Shown: positions 10,411 to 21,159, numbered from the stretch's first letter. The stretch: 64,000 bases of DNA from Candidatus Kapaibacterium sp. (GCA_026996895.1 JALWJX010000028.1:678-64677); one strand, 5' to 3'. Notes: generated by a model from the sequence alone, not told the origin. Program-made: numbers and translations.

Positions 10411-12164
10411 TGCCCAACAGCACGACAGCAACAACGCATCAATCTCAACCTTTGGAAAAAGCACAAAAGCGAGCAAAGCTATCCAGAGAACAACGACATT
10501 TGTGGTTTGTTATCACGCTCCTCTGCTTCCTTCTCAGCATCATTGGATTCGACCACGGGGAAATTCAACCCTGGGATGAAGGACTGTATGCGCTGCGTGC
10601 TCGCGCAATGCTCGATCATCCTGAAGCGTTCTGGGATCAGACACCGTATGCCATTGGCGGCAGTTATTCTGCCAGTGCCCCCCCTTTAAGTGTCTGGGCA
10701 ATGGCAGCAGCAATGCATCTGATTGGGGAAACTCCTTTTGCGGTCCGGCTTTTCAGCATCCTCTGTCATTTATTGAGTCTACTACTGGTTTTCGCTCTCG
10801 CTCGTCAAATTGTTTCTTTCCCCATCGCAATTCTGGCGCCGATTTTTCTGACGGTTACCACCCTCTGGAACACGTATGCCCGCCAGGGAATGACTGATGT
10901 CCCCGTCATCACCTTTGTCCTTCTTGCTCTCTTTGCGCTGCTTCGCCTGCGCAACCGTCCGCTTTCTGCTGCCACAGGCTGGGGCGTGCTCTTTGCCATT
11001 GCAAATGGCGCAGCGCTGCTGACCAAATACGCTATTTCTTTGCTCCCCGCTGCTTTCCTCTTTTATGCCCTTTTCGATCCAGCTTTTCGAGGTAAGCGGG
11101 ATCTGGCAATTGCCGCACTGCTCCTCGGCATACTTCCGGCTGCGCTGTGGTATGGAACGATGGTCGCGTATTATCCCGATCACTTCTCTGCGGTGCTGCG
11201 CCTTCCCCATCTCACAACCACAGTAGAAAACAACAGCCGCCAGTGGTGGTATTATGCCAATCAGCTTCTTATTGCCAATCCCCTGTTCATTCTTGCCGCG
11301 CCACCGATAGCAGTGATCGCCCGATCGTGGCGGCGACGTTCCCTGCTCCTTCGTCTCCTGTTTCTCTGGGCAGTGGCAGGCAGTGTGGTGCTGAGCCTGA
11401 GCGCAACGAAAATGCCGCATTACAGTGTCTTTGTGATTCCTCCGCTGCTTTTGTTATCGCTCTATGGGCTGGAGTTGCTGCGTCGCTCTCTTCTCAGTCC
11501 CCGGTGGCAATGGATGCTGCTCTTTGGTTCTTTCCTTGTGCTGTGGTGGGCATTGGTTCCCTCCCTTCGCACTGCCCTCCGTTCTGGAGATTGGCACAGT
11601 TCAACCCTGCTCTTTGTGAGCTTTGCTCTCTGGATCATCCTGAGTGCAACCATTTTCCCGAAAGATGTGCTCCAGCAGGTGGGCAGCCGGCTGCACGCCA
11701 TCGCCGTTCCTGCGCTGATCATCCTGCTTTTCTTCCGGATTGCAGGCATAAATGCCACCAGTTTTCAGCATCTGACCAGCGGTGCCCGGCTGACGGCAAA
11801 GGTTCTCACTCGGATTCCGGCAACGCGAATCGGATATGTCTATCATCACCACAATCCAGCAGATCAGTGGAATCCACAACTCCAGTGGTATTTACAGCGC
11901 CCACCTTCTTTCTGGGATCGATTTTCAAAGTTTCCCCTCCACCGCACCGATCCTGTGCAAATGCTTTTTGCGGTTCAGCATATTCCCGATTCCCTGTTCG
12001 TGCTCTACTATGCGCTGACCGGTGAAACGCAGCACACCAGACTGATCCTCCGTGCGCTGAGCAAAGACCGTCCACTGTTGCTTGCCACCCACAACTACTT
12101 TTTATTTGGTCCACGGAAAGCGTCAAAGAACATTCAGCAGGTGCGATGGCAAACTGGTTCGTAG
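10410..12164 (+). CDS. Glycosyltransferase family 39 (ArnT/PMT-like) membrane protein
   Basis: ATG at 10410 overlaps the MCP stop (TAATG). It is a polytopic membrane protein whose N-terminal region is typical of GT39/dolichyl-phosphate-mannose-type transferases (GFDHGEIQPWDEGLYALRARAMLD...). The ORF-track start at 10377 lies inside the MCP. Confidence 0.75.
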   Translation: MPNSTTATTHQSQPLEKAQKRAKLSREQRHLWFVITLLCFLLSIIGFDHGEIQPWDEGLYALRARAMLDHPEAFWDQTPYAIGGSYSASAPPLSVWAMAAAMHLIGETPFAVRLFSILCHLLSLLLVFALARQIVSFPIAILAPIFLTVTTLWNTYARQGMTDVPVITFVLLALFALLRLRNRPLSAATGWGVLFAIANGAALLTKYAISLLPAAFLFYALFDPAFRGKRDLAIAALLLGILPAALWYGTMVAYYPDHFSAVLRLPHLTTTVENNSRQWWYYANQLLIANPLFILAAPPIAVIARSWRRRSLLLRLLFLWAVAGSVVLSLSATKMPHYSVFVIPPLLLLSLYGLELLRRSLLSPRWQWMLLFGSFLVLWWALVPSLRTALRSGDWHSSTLLFVSFALWIILSATIFPKDVLQQVGSRLHAIAVPALIILLFFRIAGINATSFQHLTSGARLTAKVLTRIPATRIGYVYHHHNPADQWNPQLQWYLQRPPSFWDRFSKFPLHRTDPVQMLFAVQHIPDSLFVLYYALTGETQHTRLILRALSKDRPLLLATHNYFLFGPRKASKNIQQVRWQTGS

Positions 12165-12709
12165 CATTTCCCATTCCTAACACTGACCACTGGATCGAGC
12201 AGGTTTTACAGACAGCGCCGCCAGAACTTCGGCGATTTCACCCAGACGATGTACATCTGACCATCTGCTTCCTGGGACCTTTGCAGCCGTGGCAACAGGA
12301 AGCACTGATCCGGAAATTTGCAACGCTCACAGCGGCACCATTTGACATCACTCTCGATTCCCTTCGAGCTCTTCCCCGCCCCTCTTTCGTAACAGCGCTT
12401 TCTTTTGAACTGGATGAAGGTAGAGACTACGCCGCTAACCTCATTGCGCAGTGGCGGCAACCCTTAGCCGATGCTGTCGGGAAACAACCCGATCCTCGCG
12501 ACCCGCTGCCGCACATCACCATTGCTCGTCCCAATCGGCGGTATGGAAAGCGGGCACAGCGGGCAGCACTCCGCTGGATCGGCACCGTCCAGCCTCCCCC
12601 TGTGCGCCTGCACATCAACCGCATTGCCGTGTACACCTGGGCAGAAGACCGATCCAAACGGCAATTCCAGATCGTGCAGCAACATTCCCTCTCCTCGCCG
12701 CCGCGGTAG
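12146..12709 (+). CDS. thpR: RNA 2',3'-cyclic phosphodiesterase / 2'-5' RNA ligase (2H phosphoesterase, ThpR/LigT)
   Basis: Two HxT/SxxF-type motifs (HLTICFLGP and HITIARP) typical of the 2H superfamily. It overlaps the GT39 3' end by 19 nt. Confidence 0.8.
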   Translation: MANWFVAFPIPNTDHWIEQVLQTAPPELRRFHPDDVHLTICFLGPLQPWQQEALIRKFATLTAAPFDITLDSLRALPRPSFVTALSFELDEGRDYAANLIAQWRQPLADAVGKQPDPRDPLPHITIARPNRRYGKRAQRAALRWIGTVQPPPVRLHINRIAVYTWAEDRSKRQFQIVQQHSLSSPPR

Positions 12710-12804
12710 GCTGCACTGCCAGTGTATCCGTGCTTGCAGCTCGATGCTTCTGTTCCTGCACCTCTTTCCAGCGCCGTTCCCAACCCACCAAAAGGCTGCC
12801 ACCT

Positions 12805-12843
12805 GCCCGTTACGCATTGTCTTCTGAAACGAGCGGGTTTTTT
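12805..12843 (+). terminator. Probable rho-independent terminator after the MCP-GT39-thpR operon
   Basis: GCCCGUUACGCAUUGUCUUCUGAAACGAGCGGG followed by UUUUUU, about 100 nt after the thpR stop. The stem is imperfect. Confidence 0.35.
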
Positions 12844-12892
12844 AAATTGCAGATCTCAATTTGGACGGATGTGCAACTTTTCGGAAAGGAAT

Positions 12893-14044
12893 ATGAAGCG
12901 GCGCGAAATGTTATCTCTTCTGGGAATGACTGCCTTAGGAGCAGTTGCCTGCCAGCAGCAACAACCAGAGCAGTCCGCTGGTCCTGCCATTCACACAACT
13001 TATCGGTGGCGAATGGCAACGTCCTGGCCCTCCGGCTTTCCCATTTTTGAAACCGGTGCCCGGCGGTTCGCTCAGTACGTTGCCACCCTATCGCACGGCA
13101 AATTGGTTATCGAGGTGGACTCTGCCAGCAAACACAAGGCAGCATTCGGTGTCTTTGATATGGTCCGAGATGGGCAATATGAAATGGGACACTCCGCTTC
13201 CTACTACTGGAAAGGGAAAGATCCGATTTTCTCCTTCTTTACCACCCTGCCCTTCGGTATGACCGCCATTGAACAAACAGCGTGGTTTCTATACGGCGGG
13301 GGCGAGGAGTTGATGCAGCAGGCATACTCGCGCTATGGGCTGGTCTCCCTGAACGCTGGCAACACGGGCGTACAAATGGGCGGATGGTTTCGGAAAGAAA
13401 TTCAGAAGCTGCAGGACCTGCAGGGTTTGAAAATGCGGATTCCGGGGCTTGCGGGTGAAGTAATGGCACGCCTGGGCGTTCAGGTAATCAACCTACCAGC
13501 AGGAGAACTCTATCAGGCGCTGGAGCGCAACGTCATTGATGCGCTGGAATGGGTGGGACCACATCTGGATCTGTCAATGGGATTCCAGCAAATTGCTTCT
13601 TATTACTACACCGGCTGGCACGAACCAGCAGCCGAGTTGCAGATCTTGATCAACAAAGCAGCGTACGATCGGCTGCCCAGGGAATTCCAGCAACTGCTGC
13701 ACGTAGCTGCGCGAGCCACAGCGCTGGAAACGTGGAGCGAATTTACCGCAAAGAACGCTGAAAGCTTTGTCCAGCTTCAGCAGCAATTCCCTAATGTCCA
13801 GATCCGCCGTTTCCCGGAAGAAGTGCTCATCGCACTGAAAAAAGCAACAGTTGAGGTACTCGACGACATTGCCGCAACCCGCCAGGACATTAAAACCGTC
13901 TGGGACAGCTATCGCCGATTCTATCAGCAGGTGGCATCGTGGACAGCAATCTCCAGCGAAACTTATCTCCAGCTCCGAAAAAATCCCTTTATCTACGAAA
14001 GACACGCTACATTGAGCAGCAAGAATTCGGAAGCTCATTCGTAA
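12893..14044 (+). CDS. TRAP transporter substrate-binding protein (DctP family), orphan
   Basis: Start MKRREMLSLLGMTALGAVAC (signal/lipobox-like) with GGAAAGGA RBS. The DctP-like body is recognisable. No DctQ/DctM membrane genes are adjacent. Confidence 0.8.
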   Translation: MKRREMLSLLGMTALGAVACQQQQPEQSAGPAIHTTYRWRMATSWPSGFPIFETGARRFAQYVATLSHGKLVIEVDSASKHKAAFGVFDMVRDGQYEMGHSASYYWKGKDPIFSFFTTLPFGMTAIEQTAWFLYGGGEELMQQAYSRYGLVSLNAGNTGVQMGGWFRKEIQKLQDLQGLKMRIPGLAGEVMARLGVQVINLPAGELYQALERNVIDALEWVGPHLDLSMGFQQIASYYYTGWHEPAAELQILINKAAYDRLPREFQQLLHVAARATALETWSEFTAKNAESFVQLQQQFPNVQIRRFPEEVLIALKKATVEVLDDIAATRQDIKTVWDSYRRFYQQVASWTAISSETYLQLRKNPFIYERHATLSSKNSEAHS

Positions 14045-14118
14045 TATTGGCTTTGCTCGTTCAAACGAAGAATGTCCCATAAACCAACGGGGATGTTAAC
14101 AGGAAAGGAAAGGGAAAA

Positions 14119-14934
14119 ATGCTTCCATCGTGGTTTGTTGATTTGCATCCAGTGTGGCAGGCGCTCATTGCCACATGCTTTACCTGGGGCGTAACAGCAC
14201 TGGGAGCAGCAATGGTGTTTTTCTTCAAAGAAGTCAACCGTACCGTGCTGGATGCAATGCTTGGCTTTGCTGCTGGTGTAATGATCGCTGCCAGTTATTG
14301 GTCTTTGCTGGCACCTGCCATTGAAATGGCAGAAGATAGCGGAATTCCTGCATGGATCCCTGCCGCAACTGGATTCCTGCTTGGGGCTGCTTTTTTATGG
14401 CTTTCAGACAAACTGATTCCACATCTTCATCTGGACTACCCACTGGAAGAAGCTGAAGGACCTTCTACCCACTGGCATCGGAGCATTCTGCTTATCTTAG
14501 CGGTTACCATTCACAATTTTCCCGAAGGATTAGCGATCGGCGTTGCGTTTGGGGCTGTATATGCAGGGGTGGAAAGTGCCAGCTTAGGGGGGGCTCTGGC
14601 TCTGGCATTGGGTATCGGTCTGCAGAATTTCCCTGAAGGACTTGCAGTTGCAGCACCGCTGCGCCGGGAAGGATTTTCCCGGTGGAAAAGTTTTAACTTT
14701 GGTCATCTCTCCGCTATTGTGGAACCCATCGGCGGCGTGCTGGGCGCGGCTGCTGTCACGTATGTGAAACCGCTGCTCCCATACGCTATGGCATTTGCTG
14801 CCGGTGCAATGATTTACGTGGTCATTGAAGAACTGATTCCCGAATCGCAGTTGCACAAACACACTGATACTGCGACCGTGGGTGCTATCTTAGGATTTAC
14901 TGTGATGATGGTGCTGGACGTTGCCTTAGGTTAA
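14119..14934 (+). CDS. zupT: ZIP family metal transporter
   Basis: [13 protein letters not shown] and [12 protein letters not shown] are ZIP signature motifs. There are 8 predicted TM segments. Confidence 0.85.
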   Translation: MLPSWFVDLHPVWQALIATCFTWGVTALGAAMVFFFKEVNRTVLDAMLGFAAGVMIAASYWSLLAPAIEMAEDSGIPAWIPAATGFLLGAAFLWLSDKLIPHLHLDYPLEEAEGPSTHWHRSILLILAVTIHNFPEGLAIGVAFGAVYAGVESASLGGALALALGIGLQNFPEGLAVAAPLRREGFSRWKSFNFGHLSAIVEPIGGVLGAAAVTYVKPLLPYAMAFAAGAMIYVVIEELIPESQLHKHTDTATVGAILGFTVMMVLDVALG

Positions 14935-17066
14935 CGACGCGGGCGCCGAGACTCGACAACGATGTGCACCGTTCGATGATAAAACCGCTGCTCCGGGTAT
15001 CGATATTCGCCTATCGCTTCTCCCCGCCCGATAATGCGCACATTGGGCAAACGGAGATACTCGGCAACTGCCTGGGCTCGACGACGCGATAACTCACGGT
15101 TGTACTGCTCATTTCCCAACGTATCTGTCGTACCAATAACCGTCACCGATGCTCCCTCGGGTATTTGCTGGCGAATCCAGTCCAAATACCGCTTGTGTTC
15201 TGGCCTCAGCTCTGCTTTGTCAAAATCAAACAGGATCAACGTATACCGTTCGATGACCCGATCACCAATCTGCCGCCGCTGCCTGCGCTGGTGATGTTGC
15301 TGAACAAAAACGAACTGCGCTACTGGCGTTTGAAATCGCTGTCCAGCACTATCGACCACCTCGAACTGATAGGACACGGGCTGGTTCGCCAGCAGCATTC
15401 CGGCTTGTGGATTCATTTCCCAGTCCAGCACCGACGGAGGAGATGTCGTCCCTTCCTGCTGAAAGAGCGTACGATCCTGCTGCCACACCCGCAATCGCCA
15501 CCGCGCAACACCTGCCTCACTGACAACACGCGGACGGAAACGAATGGTTGGAGGATCAACTATTCGGAGGGTGTCCACCAGGGTCACAGGAGCAAAGACT
15601 TCTGGATCGGTTGCAGCTAATTCGACCCGTGCGTTTTCCTCAATGGACTGCGGCTGACTCAGCGGCGACGGATTCGCCGGCAATCCCCGGCTCTGCACCT
15701 GCAACCGTGAAGGCTCAATATGCCACACCGACTGCAAATAGCGCCGCACAAACGCTGCCCGCCGCTGCGACAGGCTCTGATCATTTCTCTCTATTGCTCC
15801 AGCATTGCATCCTGTGATGGTCAACCGTGCCGACGGCGACCGGCGAAGCCGCAATCCTACAATGTTCAGCACGTGGTAGTACACTGCCAGCGGCGTATCA
15901 AAGAACGTCGACCGGATCGCAAAGTGCTCCGCAGCCGATGGCGAAAGCCGCCGATACCGGGCAGGAAGCGTGTCCTGTCCCAGATCAAAAAACAGGTAGC
16001 GCAGCAACGGGACATAATTGTACGACAACAACTCTTCGATCCGCAACTGTGCCTTTTCCGTTTCAATGCCATTTTGCAGCACAAAAGCGGTGCGAATCGA
16101 GGCGGCTAAAAACGGGCGGATGTCCGGTTGCAGCCGTACATAACGTTCAAATATCTCTGTCCGTTCCCGAATCGCATCAGATGTCTCCACGCGGGTAACG
16201 GTCACACGAGTGGTATCCAGTCGGAGCCGGGGTTGCTGGACCGCTGCGGTAACCCTCACCACCGTGTCCCGACGAAAAACCGTATCCCGATACACGGGCT
16301 TGGGAGATGGGAAATGCCAGTGTAGCGCTACACTTCCTCCCACTTGTTGCTCCCGGACATCCCCGGCTTTCCACCACGGCTGTAAGCCCATCACACCACT
16401 CACACCGGAAACAAGTTGCAGCGGCGGCGTCAGGTTGAAACGAAACTGAAGTCCTGCTGCCAGCCCCCACCACGGCGTTTCAACGGCAACGTTTCCAGTG
16501 GCTAACTGTTGCGTCGCCGTGCCACTGCCCACAAAGGTTGCCCCCGCTGGCTGTCGAATAACTTCCTGCTGGCGGAAGACACTGCGAAGTGGATACACTG
16601 CAAAACCGCCAGCGGTTATGGAGAACCACGGTACGGGCGACCATTCCACTGCCAGCTCTCCGATCAATCGGTGATGCTCTCCATCTAACTGATGCTCGAT
16701 CACCACCGTCTGGGGATTGCCAAAGACGATCCCGACTGTTTGCTGCAGTTTTGTCCACTGCGACTGCTGGTATTGATAACCCGCCGCTAAGGAAACAGCA
16801 AACGCAGCATTTGCCGGATAGCGCATTTGAGCGAGGGCTGCACCATACCAGCCACCGGCATTCTGAAAAACTCCGGGGCGGTACGGAAAATTTGGTAACT
16901 GCTCGAAGCTGCCACGCAATTGCACCACTCCTCCCTGCAATGCTACGCCCCATCCTATTGGCTGTGCCGGAAGTGTGGACAGAAGCACAAAGAAACTCAC
17001 CAGAACAACGCCCGTATACCAGCCCCGGCGCTTCAGGACGGCAGATGCTGTTTCGCCTGTTCCCAT
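14931..17066 (-). CDS. OmpA-family outer membrane protein (large N-terminal domain plus C-terminal OmpA domain)
   Basis: C-terminal OmpA-like peptidoglycan-binding domain (..[52 protein letters not shown]). Hydrophobic signal near the N-terminus ([20 protein letters not shown]). The start may be a downstream non-ATG codon, because the ATG start overlaps mazG by 34 nt. Confidence 0.7.
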   Translation of the reverse strand: MGTGETASAVLKRRGWYTGVVLVSFFVLLSTLPAQPIGWGVALQGGVVQLRGSFEQLPNFPYRPGVFQNAGGWYGAALAQMRYPANAAFAVSLAAGYQYQQSQWTKLQQTVGIVFGNPQTVVIEHQLDGEHHRLIGELAVEWSPVPWFSITAGGFAVYPLRSVFRQQEVIRQPAGATFVGSGTATQQLATGNVAVETPWWGLAAGLQFRFNLTPPLQLVSGVSGVMGLQPWWKAGDVREQQVGGSVALHWHFPSPKPVYRDTVFRRDTVVRVTAAVQQPRLRLDTTRVTVTRVETSDAIRERTEIFERYVRLQPDIRPFLAASIRTAFVLQNGIETEKAQLRIEELLSYNYVPLLRYLFFDLGQDTLPARYRRLSPSAAEHFAIRSTFFDTPLAVYYHVLNIVGLRLRRSPSARLTITGCNAGAIERNDQSLSQRRAAFVRRYLQSVWHIEPSRLQVQSRGLPANPSPLSQPQSIEENARVELAATDPEVFAPVTLVDTLRIVDPPTIRFRPRVVSEAGVARWRLRVWQQDRTLFQQEGTTSPPSVLDWEMNPQAGMLLANQPVSYQFEVVDSAGQRFQTPVAQFVFVQQHHQRRQRRQIGDRVIERYTLILFDFDKAELRPEHKRYLDWIRQQIPEGASVTVIGTTDTLGNEQYNRELSRRRAQAVAEYLRLPNVRIIGRGEAIGEYRYPEQRFYHRTVHIVVESRRPRR

Positions 17067-17848
17067 AGCTGATCCATCTCTTCCAGCGACATTGCCTGCA
17101 ACGACCGTCCCTGCTCGGCTGCCTGCTGTTCGATGTACTGAAACCGCTCAATGAATCGATCGTTTGTCTGTTGCAAAGCATCCTCTGCGACAATGCCCAG
17201 CAGACGGAGAACATTGACCAGCGCAAAGAGCAAATCTCCGAATTCCCGCTGCAATCCTTCAGTATCCTGATCTTGCAACCGCGCTTTGACTTCCTGCAAT
17301 TCTTCCTCCACTTTCTCAAACGCCCGCTGCGCATCCTGCCAGTCAAACCCAACGCGTGAAACTTTTTCCTGAATTCGCTGCGCTCGCAGCAGCGCCGGAA
17401 GGTGCTTTGGAACTCCTTCCAGCAACGACTTGCGTCCTTGTTCCTTCAGCTTCAATCGCTCCCAGTTCTGCTTGACCTCTTCCTCGCCTGACACTTCGAC
17501 CTCTCCGAACACGTGTGGATGGCGATCGATCAACTTCCGCATCTCCCGGGCAATGACATCCTGAAGGGTAAAAGCACCCCGATCCTCAGCAATCACGCTG
17601 TGCATCACAACGTGCAGCAATAAATCCCCTAATTCCTTCGACAACTCTGCATCGTCACCCTCCCGGATCGCTTCCATCGTTTCGTACGCCTCTTCGATCA
17701 GCAGGTGGGCAATCGTTTCGTGGGTCTGCTTTCGATCCCAGGGGCATTCCCGACGCAAAATGCGCACCAATTCGATGAAAGCCCGACAATATTCCACCGG
17801 ATCATCCGGATTCCGCACTTCTGGAACGGGAACATTGGGCATTGGCAA
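17033..17848 (-). CDS. mazG: Nucleoside triphosphate pyrophosphohydrolase MazG
   Basis: Tandem MazG domains with the EExxE-type motif (HLLIEEAYETMEAI and the QEFGDLLFALVNV repeat). Confidence 0.85.
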   Translation of the reverse strand: MPMPNVPVPEVRNPDDPVEYCRAFIELVRILRRECPWDRKQTHETIAHLLIEEAYETMEAIREGDDAELSKELGDLLLHVVMHSVIAEDRGAFTLQDVIAREMRKLIDRHPHVFGEVEVSGEEEVKQNWERLKLKEQGRKSLLEGVPKHLPALLRAQRIQEKVSRVGFDWQDAQRAFEKVEEELQEVKARLQDQDTEGLQREFGDLLFALVNVLRLLGIVAEDALQQTNDRFIERFQYIEQQAAEQGRSLQAMSLEEMDQLWEQAKQHLPS

Positions 17849-17905
17849 CTCCTGTTTTGTTTGTCCAGCATCGAATCGGCTATAACGATTTGCTGCTCTC
17901 CCTTG

Positions 17906-17911
17906 GTATAA
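17906..17911 (+). promoter_or_regulatory. TATAAT hexamer in the mazG-fur divergent intergenic region (candidate -10 for fur)
   Basis: GGTATAATTTCG lies about 45 nt upstream of the proposed fur start. No convincing -35 at canonical spacing and no clear Fur box were seen. Confidence 0.3.
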
Positions 17912-17955
17912 TTTCGCCGGGGAGCTTGCGTCTGGATAGCCAAAAGAAGAGAATT

Positions 17956-18462
17956 ATGCGGTCAATGAAAAGCCAGCAGCAACACGGACGAACGAAAGCG
18001 TTGAATACTGAAGAGATCCAGCAGCGTTTTATTGCGTTCCTTCGGCAGCGGGGACATCGGGTCACACAGGAGCGCCTGCACGTACTTTCAGCCGCACTGC
18101 AACGAACCGACCATTTCACTGCCGATGAGCTGTACCAATCGATGCTGCAGCACGGCTGGCACGTAGCGAGAGCAACCGTGTACTCCACGCTGGAGCTGCT
18201 GACGGAATGCGGCATTTTGGTACAACATCATTTTGGCAGAGGCGCCCGATACGAACTGGCGGATAAACTGCCGGAACACGACCATCTCATCTGCACCCAG
18301 TGCGGTCACATTGTGGAATTCCAAGAAAAAATTCTTCGGGATATTCAGCAGAAAATCAGCGAATCCCTGGGATTTGTTCCGCTGAAGCATTCCTTCCAGA
18401 TCTTTGCTGTCTGTAGCGATCCTCAGCATTGCTCTCATAAAGAGCACTCACACCAGAAGTAG
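17956..18462 (+). CDS. fur: Fur family transcriptional regulator
   Basis: The winged-helix plus metal-binding C-terminal region (HDHLICTQCGHIVEF, HxHxxCxxC-type) is Fur-like. Start chosen at MRSMKSQQQ (17956), which gives about 168 aa. The 17842 ATG would add a non-conserved 38-aa extension. Confidence 0.75.
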   Translation: MRSMKSQQQHGRTKALNTEEIQQRFIAFLRQRGHRVTQERLHVLSAALQRTDHFTADELYQSMLQHGWHVARATVYSTLELLTECGILVQHHFGRGARYELADKLPEHDHLICTQCGHIVEFQEKILRDIQQKISESLGFVPLKHSFQIFAVCSDPQHCSHKEHSHQK

Positions 18463-18492
18463 TTTTCTCTGGCACCCTGCGTTGCCGCCGAT

Positions 18493-20979
18493 TTACACAC
18501 TATACCCTGCACGAACTGCTGCGTAAGCAACGCACAATGGCGGGAAGGAAACGGAAAGCACCTGCGCCACCTCTTCGACCGTTGCCTGGGGTGCTGTTTG
18601 TAAGTACGCACCAACCTGCCGGATCAAGGTTGTAGTAACACAGCGAGTCGGATCGAGGGGATAACCTGCCAGCAGCAATGTCGCAAGATGGCGGGCGATT
18701 GTCGCTTCTTTTAATCGACGCCGCCGGGCAATCGCAGTCAACGAGTACCCTGACACCGCCGCTGCTGCAGTATGTCGCAAGGAATACGGCAACTTCTGCC
18801 GCCACAATCGTTCCAGGGTCTGAAGAAAGGAGGAAGCACAGGTCTGGAGAAAAAATTCTGACACGACACCACTTTTCTGCCAGGTTTGCAAAATCGCGGG
18901 GCGTAGGGGAAGCAACGCCGTTAATTGTGCATCCGTCACAATGGTCAGCGGTTCCCGTTGCAACTGCTCTGCCCACCGCTGGCGCAAACGCCGCCACTCC
19001 TGCATCACGATCGCAGTCTCTGGCTCAGGAACGGTTCCGTTCAAACGGATGCCACACTCGCTATATTTGTCCCGCTGCACCGCTCCCGAAGCACTTCCTT
19101 CTGCTGCCCGATCCTGCTTCCACCGCTTTACAGTCGTTGATGTCCTGAGATTTGCTTCTGCTGTACTTCGCTGCAACAGCGGTGCCTGCGCCATCGATTG
19201 CTGGAGCGGAGCTGGTATGGAACGTTCTGCCTTTGCTCGTCCAGAAGAAGGTGGATGCTGCACGCACGATACGCAATGACCGCAGGATTGCGGGAAGGAT
19301 TCACCGAAGTACTGGAGCAAAAGCTGGAATTTACACGATGCGCTTTCCAGAAACGCCCACAGTTGCTGCAATTTCCGCAAGGCGACCATCCGCCGCCGCT
19401 CCAGGTGCTTCCAGTCGATCGGCAACTGCTCAAATGGTGGGAGTGTCGAGGAACGAATCAGATCGCCGGACAGCGCCAGGCGGCGTACGATGCGACGCTG
19501 TTCAAGCGATTGGAGGAAAAGCGCAAATTGATGTGCCTCCAGCCCATACTTTCGGCTCACCCGATGGAGATCTATCTCCACCGGTTCAGCGAAAGCAGCG
19601 GAACCAACCGTTCGAAGCAACGCTTCCAGATACCGGCGTTGTTCCTCTGGAAAACTCCCATAGAGTTGCTCCAGCCGCTCTCTGGACGTGGTAATCTGGA
19701 CTTTGAACGCTGGTGCAACCTCCCACCACTGGAAAATGCGGTGCTTCTGCAAAAAACGCAGCACTTGCTGCACCTGCCCTACGGTCACCTCAGCCTGTTC
19801 GGCAAGCTGCTGCACGTTCAGCGACTGCCATTGAGCATCAGAGGAGTGCCGCATCACTGCTTCGATGCTTTCATAGACCCGTTGTACCAGCGACTCAGGC
19901 GGATAGGCATAGGCGATCAGTTGCTTCAGCAGCGCGAAATCCCGGCGATGGTACAGGCACAGCGCCCGCGCTGATGCTCCATCCCGTCCCGCTCGCCCCA
20001 CCTGCTGGTAGTATCCTTCTAGGGTCAGCGGCGGTGCGTAATGAATGACTGCGCGAATGTTGGGTTTGTCGATGCCCATTCCAAAAGCTGATGTTGCAAC
20101 AATAACCGGCCGGCTTCGGCGCAGAAATTCTTCGTGCACGAAGTTCCGCTGCTCCTCTTTCATCCCTGCGTGATACTGCAATGCAGCAATACCATTGCGG
20201 TGCAGAAAATGGGTCAGGCGTTCCACCTGCTGGCGGGTTGCACCGTAGCAGATCGCAGCACCATCGCACTGTTCCAATGCCTGCAACACTTTTGCTTCTT
20301 TCTGCTCCGTCCGGACAGCATCCAGAAACAAATTTTTTCGGTAAAAGCTCTGAACAATCACCACCGGCTGTTGCAACTGCAACGTATCGATGATATCCTG
20401 TCGAACCTCTGGTGTTGCTGTAGCCGTCAGCGCAATGACCGGCGGACGATAAGCCAGTCGCTGGAAAAAAGCGGGGATTAGCCGATAGGCAGGGCGGAAA
20501 TCGTGTCCCCATTCAGAAATGCAGTGCGCTTCATCTACTGCAATGAATCGGAGCGGAAGCACGCGCAGGAAACGCTGGAACTGCTCATCCTGCAAGCGTT
20601 CCGGCGCTACATACAGCAATCCCTGGGGCTCTCGCTGGAGGAGGTGCATTCGGCGCTGCACCTCACCACGACTCAAATTGCTATGCAATGCAACACTGGG
20701 AATTCCTTTCTGCCGCAATCCATACACCTGATCCTCCATCAGGGCAATCAGCGGAGAGAGCACCAAAACGATGCCCGGCACCATCACTGCTGGCAATTGA
20801 TAACACAGCGATTTTCCACCACCGGTAGGAAAAATCGCCAGCACATCCCTGCCCTGAAACACTGCCTCGATCACCTGGCGCTGTCCGGGGCGAAAAGTAG
20901 CAAAGCCAAAATACCGGCGCAAAGCCTGGTGCAAGGCATCCTCTGACAGCAACTCACCTGCTTCTTCCTGTCCCATCAT
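18493..20979 (-). CDS. recQ: ATP-dependent DNA helicase RecQ with HRDC and extra C-terminal HTH-like extension
   Basis: DEAH-box helicase motifs (FPTGGGKSLCYQLP, FIAVDEAHCISEWGHDFR), RQC zinc-binding cysteines and an HRDC-like region. A further approx. 130 aa C-terminal extension follows (..SLTAIARRRRLKEATIARHLATLLLAGY..). Confidence 0.9.
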   Translation of the reverse strand: MMGQEEAGELLSEDALHQALRRYFGFATFRPGQRQVIEAVFQGRDVLAIFPTGGGKSLCYQLPAVMVPGIVLVLSPLIALMEDQVYGLRQKGIPSVALHSNLSRGEVQRRMHLLQREPQGLLYVAPERLQDEQFQRFLRVLPLRFIAVDEAHCISEWGHDFRPAYRLIPAFFQRLAYRPPVIALTATATPEVRQDIIDTLQLQQPVVIVQSFYRKNLFLDAVRTEQKEAKVLQALEQCDGAAICYGATRQQVERLTHFLHRNGIAALQYHAGMKEEQRNFVHEEFLRRSRPVIVATSAFGMGIDKPNIRAVIHYAPPLTLEGYYQQVGRAGRDGASARALCLYHRRDFALLKQLIAYAYPPESLVQRVYESIEAVMRHSSDAQWQSLNVQQLAEQAEVTVGQVQQVLRFLQKHRIFQWWEVAPAFKVQITTSRERLEQLYGSFPEEQRRYLEALLRTVGSAAFAEPVEIDLHRVSRKYGLEAHQFALFLQSLEQRRIVRRLALSGDLIRSSTLPPFEQLPIDWKHLERRRMVALRKLQQLWAFLESASCKFQLLLQYFGESFPQSCGHCVSCVQHPPSSGRAKAERSIPAPLQQSMAQAPLLQRSTAEANLRTSTTVKRWKQDRAAEGSASGAVQRDKYSECGIRLNGTVPEPETAIVMQEWRRLRQRWAEQLQREPLTIVTDAQLTALLPLRPAILQTWQKSGVVSEFFLQTCASSFLQTLERLWRQKLPYSLRHTAAAAVSGYSLTAIARRRRLKEATIARHLATLLLAGYPLDPTRCVTTTLIRQVGAYLQTAPQATVEEVAQVLSVSFPPLCVAYAAVRAGYSV

Positions 20980-21159
20980 TCTCTGTTTCTCTCCAACAAT
21001 CCTCTTTGCACAAACAAGCGGCTATGATGACAGAAGTCTTAAGCACATCCGCCCCATCTGTCCGACATCGTTGCCATTTCACTATCTCGTCCAGTCCGGA
21101 TGCCCTTCGCCCCGACGGACATCCGGCACCCATCCATAATCGATACCCCCTGATTGAGA

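Noticed and set aside
17849-17955. Fur box in the mazG-fur divergent region
   Set aside because: No convincing GATAATGATAATCATTATC-like 19-mer was found, only a TATAAT hexamer.
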